Source of the DNA: Azolla caroliniana
Lineage: Eukaryota; Plantae; Polypodiophyta
Assembly (NCBI GenBank): GCA_043228905.1
Contig: JBHGNT010000009.1
Span: forward strand, 4,836,001-4,900,000
Reading direction: 5' to 3'
DNA length: 64,000 nucleotides
Shown: one piece after another, positions 1 through 8,671 of the stretch
How the letters are laid out: every line of letters begins with the position of its first letter
Position numbering within the stretch: position 1 is the first letter of the stretch
Program-made: the position numbers and the translations under genes
The notes under the pieces: generated by a model
What the model was told of the DNA's origin: nothing
The model's input: only the letters and a program-made list of their open reading frames with translations
Databases searched by the model: none

Positions 1-40
1 GCACCCGGACTGTCGCGGCCCCACGCCTTGGCAGTCCTCT

Positions 41-1228
41 CTAAAAATCCTCTCGGTTTTCGGAACCGAGGGAGTCGCGGTTACGTTCGTGGTTCGGCCG
101 TACCGTCAGAAACTGGACCGAATGGCGCCCGTCTTGGCTTTTGACCCTCGCGTAGGCCGAACCATTGTCCAGCACCTTGGTCTCCATTCGCGCCGCCGTG
201 ATGTACGGCTCTCCCAGTATGACCGGATGCGAAGACGTCTCCTGCACGAAGAAGTGCTGGTCAATCTCGACGTCGCCGATCTTGACTCGCACATTCGGAC
301 AGGCCCCGTGCAGTTCCTCGGTGGCGCGCGTTGCTGCCCTTATTTTCCACCCGTGCTTGGTGTTGATCGGCCATTTGCCCTTCTTATAGAAGTCCATGGA
401 CATCAAATTGATCTCCGATCCGTGGTCCACCAAAGCTATCACCGGTTCCTGGACATCGCCGATCTTCACCGGGGTTTCCGTGGTCGCTCGGGCCCAGTGT
501 GGTCTCGAATAGTGGCTTTCCGCCCACTCGTCTCCCAGCGCCATGTCGTCTAGGTGCGTCGTCCGCACTTCCACCGGTCTTTCCGGTTCTGTCTCCGTTG
601 ACAGCCTCTTCCGTTTCACCAAGTCCACGATGGAGTCATGGAACTCCTTCTTGGCGATTCCCAGCACCTCTCGTAACGACAGCTCCACCTTGCTGTCGAG
701 GATCCGTTCCTCCAGGACCTTTCGTAAGTCCGTGGTCCTTTCTATCTCCGTCCCCAGACGGTACCCGCCCTTCTGGGGTTTATCTTGCGTACCGGCCCCG
801 CCGGCTTCGTCCCGTCGTGGCCCGGACCGGGTCTCGTATCGTTGTGAGGGCCCGGTCGTCCCGGGTTTCCCCACCCGCTTCTCTTCTACCAGAGCCTCGT
901 AGTTCTGGCAAGCGGCTTCCACGAAGCCCGTCTTTTCCTCGACCGGGTCGCTCCACCCGGTCATCTCCCGTACCCGTTTCTCCGCACGGTCCGATTCCTC
1001 CCTTTTAAGCCTTGCACCGGCAAGGCCTTCCAGCATCGTCGGCCAGAATCCGGCTTTACTTTCCCTTCGGGCCTCGCCGCCCCCGACTCGAATGCCGGCC
1101 GACGCCGAGTAGTGGACGGTTTCCGCGTGTCGGCCGCCGCCTCTTCCATCAACCTTTTCATACCACCTCGCCCGTCGTTTCGGCTCAGGGCCCTTCGGGT
1201 GTCGCTGGCATGCACCCGTCCTTCCCAC
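41..1228 (-). CDS. gag C-terminal region plus retropepsin-like aspartic protease
   Basis: ALVDHGSEINLMS active-site region and VILGEPYI (ILG) flap-distal motif; ends at TAG 43-41. Confidence 0.8.
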   Translation of the reverse strand: MGRTGACQRHPKGPEPKRRARWYEKVDGRGGGRHAETVHYSASAGIRVGGGEARRESKAGFWPTMLEGLAGARLKREESDRAEKRVREMTGWSDPVEEKTGFVEAACQNYEALVEEKRVGKPGTTGPSQRYETRSGPRRDEAGGAGTQDKPQKGGYRLGTEIERTTDLRKVLEERILDSKVELSLREVLGIAKKEFHDSIVDLVKRKRLSTETEPERPVEVRTTHLDDMALGDEWAESHYSRPHWARATTETPVKIGDVQEPVIALVDHGSEINLMSMDFYKKGKWPINTKHGWKIRAATRATEELHGACPNVRVKIGDVEIDQHFFVQETSSHPVILGEPYITAARMETKVLDNGSAYARVKSQDGRHSVQFLTVRPNHERNRDSLGSENREDF

Positions 1229-2166
1229 AGGTACACCACCCTGTTCCTCAGCGCCTCCGCGAAGTCGCCGCAGTCCTTCCGAATGTGGCCGACTTCATCG
1301 CACCACATGCACCTGTTTCCTGCCGCCGGCCGTCGGTCACGAGCCGGTTCGCCACCTTCCCTTCGGGCTTGCGCGATTTGGAGGTCCTTTATCGCCCTCG
1401 TCAATTCCTCCAGCCCCGCTCCTCCGGTTGAGCCTCTAACTACGGCGGTCGAAGCCGAACCGGTTTCCAACCATTCTCGGGTCTCTTCCTTTCGCACCTG
1501 TGGCGCTGGTTCGAGCTTCCTTGCTGCGACCGAGCCCGACCCGGTTGCCCCGTTATCCGCCCATTCTCGCCGTTTGTCGAAACGGCCACAGACTTTCTTG
1601 ACAGCCGCCCAGTCGGTAGTGAGCCCGTCTTCGGTTTCCAGCAAGAGGCCCACTTGCTCCCGATCCCGCTCGTCGACCGACTTGACAAACAGCAAGACCC
1701 GGCTCGTGTCCAGGATGGTTCGGTCGAGCGCCGAAAGGCGCGCAAAGTTTTCCTCGAACTCCCGGAGGAGTGCTGACGCGTTTCTTCCCTTCCCCGGGGA
1801 CTCCACCCATTCCATGAACCTTCGCTTCGAAAGCCGGAGCGCGTCGTCCAGCCCGTATTTCTCTAGGAGCCGACCTTCGAACGCCTCCCAGGTACGGCTC
1901 TCCGCCCGCACCTCGAGCACCTCCGCATGGATGCTCGGCATCGCCACTCGGGGAAATCCGGCAAGACGCCTTTCTTCCGGAATGTCCCGCATCAGCATCT
2001 CTGCACCGTAGGACGCCAAATACTTCGTGGCATCCTTCCCATCGAACCGGCCGATCGTGCCGACGACCGCCTCAATGGCTCTGTCGAGGGCACCGGTGCC
2101 CTCGCGCGCGTTTACAATCCGGTCCACGGCCGAAGCCATGGCCTCTGCAAGATCCGACCCCCTCAT
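961..2166 (-). CDS. retrotransposon Gag (capsid-like region plus CCHC zinc knuckle), out of frame with the protease ORF
   Basis: RFDGKDATKYL...TWEAFEGRLLEKY; CMWCDEVGHIRKDC. First ATG is at 2166; the ORF-track GTG at 2193 lies inside the PBS. Confidence 0.85.
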   Translation of the reverse strand: MRGSDLAEAMASAVDRIVNAREGTGALDRAIEAVVGTIGRFDGKDATKYLASYGAEMLMRDIPEERRLAGFPRVAMPSIHAEVLEVRAESRTWEAFEGRLLEKYGLDDALRLSKRRFMEWVESPGKGRNASALLREFEENFARLSALDRTILDTSRVLLFVKSVDERDREQVGLLLETEDGLTTDWAAVKKVCGRFDKRREWADNGATGSGSVAARKLEPAPQVRKEETREWLETGSASTAVVRGSTGGAGLEELTRAIKDLQIAQARREGGEPARDRRPAAGNRCMWCDEVGHIRKDCGDFAEALRNRVVYLWEGRVHASDTRRALSRNDGRGGMKRLMEEAAADTRKPSTTRRRPAFESGAARPEGKVKPDSGRRCWKALPVQGLKGRNRTVRRNGYGR

Positions 2167-2188
2167 CTTCTGCTCTTCTGCCGCCTCC

Positions 2189-2206
2189 TTCACGTCGGGT
2201 TCACCA
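2189..2206 (-). promoter_or_regulatory. primer binding site complementary to the tRNA-Trp 3' end
   Basis: Minus strand TGGTGAACCCGACGTGAA is the reverse complement of ...TTCACGTCGGGTTCACCA, the plant cytosolic tRNA-Trp 3' end as recalled. It lies 4 nt after the LTR end. Confidence 0.85.
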
Positions 2207-2210
2207 AAGA

Positions 2211-3064
2211 TGTCGAGATATTACGCAAGTGCGTGTGGAAAACGAGGCGGGACCACGGGGGTCTCGAACCAAAGAGCAAGCGAGGGAGGAGAAAGAGAGA
2301 GAACCGGCTACGCAAGACCGGGGATACGCAGGGACACGGCCCTTCAGCACGGAGAACGCGAAACCGGCTACGCAGGACCGGGGATACACAGGGACACGGC
2401 CCTTCAGCACGGAGAACGCGAACAGACACCGACACAGACAGATGCGAATGACTAAATATGTATATTAACAAAAATGGCTGACACGACTACAACCCTCGAT
2501 GGGGCACAGGTTGGCTACAACCGAACAGGCCGGCGAACAGATGCCGATGCCTGTTCGCTTCGACGCGCAAAGGGGTAGCAGGTCGGAGGTGCTGCCGGAA
2601 GCACTCGGGCGTTCCTCGAAACAGCGCGAGCCTCCTCGGAACCCTGCACAGAAAAACTATCGAGCTCAAGAAGGAAGGAGACAGAGAGCGAAGCGTCCAG
2701 AAACGGTCCGACAGCACTTCGTCCTCTCTGCGCGAGATACCTGCAACAGCTCTTTCCTGCTCCTTATATAGGCCGACGAGCAGGCCGTCCTGTCAGCTTT
2801 ATTCCCTGTCCCTTTCGAACAGGGATCCGCTCCGTTCTTCGCGCATCCGCGTAGTTACGCCGCCGACTCGTACCGTTCCTTAGCTCGCGCGCCCCACCGA
2901 AAAGACTGTTCGCGCGGTCTTTGTCTCCACTCGTGTTAGGGCCCGTTCCTGCCGATTATCCTCCTAACTCGCTTCTATGTACAACTTGGAGCGTGCGCGC
3001 GCGAAGAACCGGTTCCCACGCCTTGGTGCGCCGATTCCGCCTAGGGACGGTTTTCTTCACGACA
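2211..3064 (-). repeat. 5' LTR (854 bp)
   Basis: TG...CA ends with TGTCG/CGACA inverted termini; minus-strand TATATAAGG near 2762-2770; abuts PBS. Confidence 0.85.
2302..2422. repeat. 60-bp tandem duplication inside the LTR
   Basis: aaccggctacgca(a/g)gaccggggatac(g/a)cagggacacggcccttcagcacggagaacgcga x2, 2 mismatches. Confidence 0.95.
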
Positions 3065-6000
3065 ACGCACACTGATAGCAAGATGTTGTACACGGAAGCG
3101 GATCAACCCCGTGGTCATGGTGGACAAGGAGGGTCAGCGCACAATGGAGGTGGTCAACAGGAGCAAAACACAAGGCATAATCTGAATGTCGACAACACTT
3201 CCGGACCCTCCTCGGGTAGGGAGAGTCAAGGCGGCGCCAGAGGATGGCAAGGAAAGACCGCGACGAACTGTTGGTACTGTGGTCAGAAGGGCTACAGAGA
3301 GAGCGAGTGCTGGAAAAAGTGAACCAATTCAAACAAGGCTGGATTGAGCCGAGGAGACATGAATAGGCGTTAGAGATCGCACTACGCCGAAGGTTCAGGG
3401 CAAGCCAGAATGGGTCCGGCCTTCATGATGAAGCACAAAGCCAACTCAATCGCGGTGAACACATCAAGGTCAAACAAGGTGTGGTATGTGGATTCGGGCA
3501 CGTCGAACCACATGACGAATCATAAGGAGTGTTTCTCGACTCTAGAAAAGCTTGAGTAGCTAGGGGTCGTTGAAATTGGCGATGACATCCCTCACCTCAT
3601 TAAACACATAGGAGATGTCCCTCTAAGCCATGTTGGCCAGAAGGGAACCATGAGGAATGTCTTGCATGTGCCCACAATCACCAAGATTTTGGTGTCAGTC
3701 GAATAGATTGTCAATCAGGGCACGCAAGTTCGATTTACTTATCTCGAGTGCTTCATCGAAGAAGAAGGCAAAATAATCGCGCAAGGGCAGCGAGAAGGGA
3801 GGATGCCCATCCTCGAGACCAATGATGTAGGCACCGCAATGTTCGCGAAAGGCTAGAAAGTCGAATCGAGTATCGATTTGTAGCACAAACGGTTAGGCCA
3901 CGTCAATTTCCCACGGCTTCGAGAGATGCAGACAAAAAACATTGTTTTCGGCTTACCGAAATTCAATGGCTAAAAGGACCAGGTCTGCGAAGCCTGCTAG
4001 TTAGGGAAGCATCACCAACTTCTGTTCTCAAATGAAAGAAATCAAAGCCGAAATAAGCTCAATTTAATCCATTTGGATGTATGGGGACTAGCGCAGAACG
4101 TGAATATCAGTGGAAATCGTTACTTTGTAACCTTCATCGACGACTACACTCACCACACTTGGGCATGCTTGATCAAGAAGAAAAGCAAAGTATTCTCCTG
4201 CTTCTTGAAGGTGAAAAGCCTTGCCGAAAGGGAGACAGGCCGAAAGATCAAGTGCCTAAGGTCGAATGGCGGGAAAGAGTACTTTTCTGACCAGTTCTAT
4301 AGCTATCTACAAAAGGAAGGAATTTGACGCGAATTCTCCTATAGATACACGCTACAACAAAACGGCGTAGCCGAAAGGAAGAAGCAGCTAGAGCAATGCT
4401 GGAAGAGAAGCATATGTTGAATTTTATTGGGTCGAAGCCGTCAGGACGGTGGTATAACTGCAGAATCAGACTTCTGCAAATGGAGGAGTGTCGCCACACG
4501 AGCTGTATTTTAGGAAGAAGCCGAACTTGGCACACTTGAGGGTTTTCGATAGCATGGCATATGTGCATGTGCCGAAGGGAAGCGGAGGAAGCTAGACGTG
4601 AAAGTTGAGAAGTGTATTCACATCGGCTACTCGGATGAGCAGAAGGGTTATAAGTGTTATAACCCCCGAACGAAAGAGGTCCGAGTAAGCCGAGATGTCG
4701 TTTTCGACGAGTTGGCGTCGTGGTACTTGCCTTCACCTCCAACTCCCATCCACTCCATTCTGAATTCTGAGGATGAGGCTGAGATGCTCCTAGTGGAAAA
4801 AGAAGTTGGAACTCAAGAAGAGAGTCTAATCTCATTTCAGCTAAGTGGGCCGAATGAGTGACTCAATCGAACGAACCAATCGGATGAAGCGTCGGCGAGT
4901 AGTGGAGACTCGATCGTGCAGTTCCCGCACCAGAAATCGAGGAGACGGTTTACACACAAGGAGAAGGGGAAGATGAAGATGCTGGAATATGGCAGTGAGG
5001 CCAACACATCGGATCAAAGCAAATTCGATGTGGCAAGGTGCAAAGAGGGACCTCCGAAGACGAGGTTGAAGTTGGCCGAGAGGGCCACAAAATCGGCGAA
5101 CTAGAAATTACATCGATCCACCCGCCAAAAGAATCTCATACTTCGATACGGGTATAATGGGTATATGGCGCACCGTTATGCATATATGGCAAAGGTGGCA
5201 AATGTGCGTGAGCTGGAGAGCTACACAGAAGCGCGAAGGATGCAAATTGGTGTGCCACGATGGAGGAAGAGATCATGCACTAGCGGAGAACGAGACATGG
5301 GACCTGGTTCTGAAGGGAGTGAAGCCGATCGGATGCATGTGGGTGCACAAGGTTAAGTACAATGCCGACAGGTCGATCAACCAATATAAGGCCTGATATG
5401 GCATCGACTACGATGAGACCTTCGCACCGGTCGCGATGATGACAACTGTCTGGGTATTGTTGGCGGTAACAGTGGCAAAGGGGTGGCACTTACATCAGAT
5501 GGATGTAAAGAACGCATTCTTGCAAGGTGATCTTGAGGAACAAGTGTACATGGTACATCCCCCCGGATTTCTATCCGAACAAAACACCTCGACAGTTTAT
5601 CGATTGAAGAAGTCGTTGCATGGATTCAAGCAAGCCCCGCGTGCCTTGAATGAAAAGATCACGCAAAGGTTGCATAGGATGGGGTTTGCTCCATCGAAAT
5701 CAGACTCCTCATTGTTCATTCGGCCGAGTGGAACCGGCCCGATTAGCATACTAGTATATGTTGATGATTTAGTCATCGCCGGTGCCGACCTCGGAAATAT
5801 CGGCTAAGTAAAGTCTCAACTTGCGGCATCATTCAAAATGAAGGATCTGGGGGACCTTCATTACTTCCTCGAGATCGAAGTGATCCGAACCCCCGAAGGC
5901 ATATTGATCAGCCAACGCCATTATGTGTTTAATATGCTCTTCAAGTTTGGGATGGCCGATTGTAAGTCCATCTCAACCCCTCTGGACAAGAATGTGAGGC

Positions 6001-7192
6001 TTCGCCGAGATTCAGAAATGACGTGTGATCCGACACGGTTCCGATAGATTGTCAGAAGCCTCATCTATTTGACAATCACTCGGTTGGACCTCAATTACCT
6101 GGTCGACCTGATTAGTCAATTCATGTCACATCCAAAGGTCGAACACCTTCCGTGCGTGCAAAGGATATTGAGGTATGTCAATGGCACTAAGGACAGGGTG
6201 TCATTGTATCAGGCAGGAGTAACCGATGAGTTAATCAGCTACATGGATGCCGATGCCAATTGGACCGGAAACGTTGGCGATCCCAGGTAAACTTCTGGAT
6301 TCATGTTTTAACTGGGAAGTGTCGCGATTGCCTGGAGCAGTAAAAAGCAGTTGATAGTGGCATTGTCGAGCACTAAGGCCAAGTATGAAGGGGCAATTGT
6401 CCTTACATGCAAAGCCATTTGGCTAAAAAGGTTGTTGAAGGATTTGCATGTAGAGGTGTCCAAGCCGACAATGATATATTGTGACAACCTCAGTAGCATC
6501 CAACTCACGAAGAACCCTGTCTTCCACGCTCATACAAAGCACGTCGAGATGCACTATCATTTTGTCTGCGAGCAAGTCCTCTCTAGTGAAGTCGAACTAG
6601 TGTATGTTCGGATTGCTCAGTAGACTGCCGATATCTTCACCAAACCTCTTGTCCTAGACAAGTTGTGGGAATTCTCGGGAATGCTTGGCATATAGCACCT
6701 CGATATGTCGAACTTGAGGGGGAGGAGTGAAACCGAAAAAGAGAGACACGAAGTCCGAAAAGCCGAATCGGATGGAAATTTCGATTTTGGCATGACTGAA
6801 GAAGTCATAACGTGTGAATTGGCTAGAGAAACCAAGGACGTGTAGACAGATGAAGGAAGCGCAGCTCAGCAAAGACTAGCCAGATGTAGCGACTAGAAGA
6901 GAGAGTCGAAGTCAGAGCCAACCGACCCAAGGGGAGGAAGAGCCGAGAGGGGCGATAGGGTTGTGAAGGATAGAGCCGACCAAGAGAAGGCGAAGACCAA
7001 AACATGGGCCTAGAAGAGGATGAATTGGAAACAACCAATTTGGACAAGAGCTGGAACGAATCGGAACCAACCGATTCGATTGTGGAAGGTGATTCGGACG
7101 AGCCGATCCGCACAAAGGTCAGGTAGATGAGAAGGCAGTTGAAGCCGACACCGAGATGGAGGAGCCGACGGGTCGAGGGGTGCCAAATACGT

Positions 7193-8061
7193 TGTCGCGA
7201 TGTTTCGCGCTTGCGTATAGAAGGGGGCGAGACCACGGGGGTCTTGGACTAGAGAGTGACGGAGCGTAGGAAGCCGACTTCTCTTCGGTCCCGGCTGCGT
7301 TGGTGGTGGCGCGAACCGGAGCAATTCCGGACGCGTACCGGTGGCTACCAAACGCAAGAGAGGAAGAGAGGGTGAGAACAGGCGCGCAACACCGACACAA
7401 CGCACACCTCTTATGTACAGGAAACACAGGGAAGGGAAAGCACCTGACACCGACAGAGACACAAATATGCACAACCCTGTATATATATATATATATATAT
7501 GATTACAAGAGTGAGTTACAACTCCTACTCCGACTCGGACTGAGGTAGGCTAGGTCGCAATAGCAGTCTGCCGCCAAGCCGTCGTCGGGGAGCTCTCGGG
7601 CTCATCGCGCCGAGCGGGGTCTTACACAGGAGGCCGAGCAGAAGCAACCTACAACAGGGAGAGATACCACCTTGGCCGTGAGCCGGCTACGCACAGAAGA
7701 AGAGAAACTAACCTAACAGCTTGTCGTCATAGCTACTGCTCGACTCCTCGAGAAGGAGCAGAAAAGAAACGAAGAAGAGAAAGAATGTAGCTAACCCTAG
7801 AAAGAAACACAAAACGGTATACCCTTAAGACTCAAAATGGGCAACCCTTCTACAAGGGACCATCCCTTCCTTTTATAGAACAAGGAGAGGGATGCGTTAC
7901 AATGTGGGATAAATCCCAATTTACATGGGATTCTTCGTCCCGACTTAACTCCTATTATTCACACAATTATACAAGGGTGAGTGCACATGGTGCACCCCGC
8001 CGATGTAGCCAATATTTCCCGGTTTCCGCCTCTGGCCGAAACTCTTCAAGACATCGCGACA
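7193..8061 (-). mobile_element. solo LTR related to the 2211-3064 LTR
   Basis: Termini TGTCGCGATGT/ACATCGCGACA. Shares the tgtcg..GACCACGGGGGTCT start and gacaccgaca motifs with the 2211 LTR. Flanks are ACGT/ACGA; no PBS or PPT adjacent. Confidence 0.8.
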
Positions 8062-8285
8062 ACGAGGGAGTTGACAAGGGCCTTGGAAGCAGACAAGCCA
8101 ACCGTAATGGTTGAGGTGCACGGAACCAGTTGAGTCAAGAAGTGTCGGACCAAAATGGTCGTGGGAAGCAGGACCAGACTGGACGAGGAGAGCAAGTGAG
8201 GCGTCGAGACGTCAGGAGAAGAGGCGGGAGTTACAAACCAGCTGGAACTAACACAGAGGGACCTCAAGTTGAGCTTGAGGGGGAG

Positions 8286-8671
8286 TGTTGAGAGATAAGC
8301 TCAACATGGGCCAAATCAGCTAAAGAAGCCGAGATCTGAGTGTCGAGAGCCGAGTCGAAGGGATTCCGGTAGGCCGTTGGAGGCCTATATTCCTATTATA
8401 GTAAATAGGAATAGTGTTAGGCTCATTTATGAGCATTAAAGTAATGATGGTACTTGTGTCAGCCCATTCATGAGGGGCTTGTATAAAAGTGCTCACTAAG
8501 CATAATGTATGTACACAGATAGTCTATAGAGTGTTCATTATTTTGTACTAGAAGTTGTTGTCTGCTCTCTCTCTCTCACCACTCTCTGTGTTTGCCTAAC
8601 TGTCGAATTTTTGAAACCGACTATGTACTTTGTGTCTATCGCACACACTTCCGCACATGTATTCTTTTACA
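8286..8671 (+). repeat. 3' LTR of the copia element (386 bp)
   Basis: TGTTGAG directly after the PPT; TATAAAA at ~8482; ends ...TTTTACA where a different copia sequence resumes. Confidence 0.7.

Larger units (their letters stand above)
1..3064 (-). mobile_element. Ty3/gypsy-like LTR retrotransposon, 5' part (5' LTR, tRNA-Trp PBS, gag-protease); continues beyond window start
   Basis: LTR 3064->2211 bounded by TGTCG...CGACA, then PBS, gag with CCHC knuckle and aspartic protease. GC/CpG-rich with few lesions. Interrupts copia gag at 3064/3065. RT and integrase lie outside the window, so the superfamily is inferred from gag/protease style. Confidence 0.85.
3065..8671 (+). mobile_element. degenerate Ty1/copia LTR retrotransposon (gag end, protease, integrase, RT, RNase H, PPT, 3' LTR)
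   Basis: CWYCGQKGYRESEC (~3270), WYVDSGTSNHMT (~3482), integrase YFVTFIDDY (4073-4327), RT HQMDVKNAFL and LVYVDDL (5436-5807), RNase H CDNLSSI..NPVFHAHTKH (6351-6623). Many stops and frameshifts. PPT TTGAGGGGGAG at 8275-8285. Confidence 0.92.

Noticed and set aside
2189-2206. tRNA-Trp-like sequence ending in CCA on the + strand
   Set aside because: Only the 3' 18 nt, adjacent to an LTR; it is a primer binding site, not a tRNA gene
89-2455. Long + strand ORFs (e.g. 1112-2011, 299 aa)
   Set aside because: Antisense shadows of the GC-rich gag-protease with no recognisable motifs
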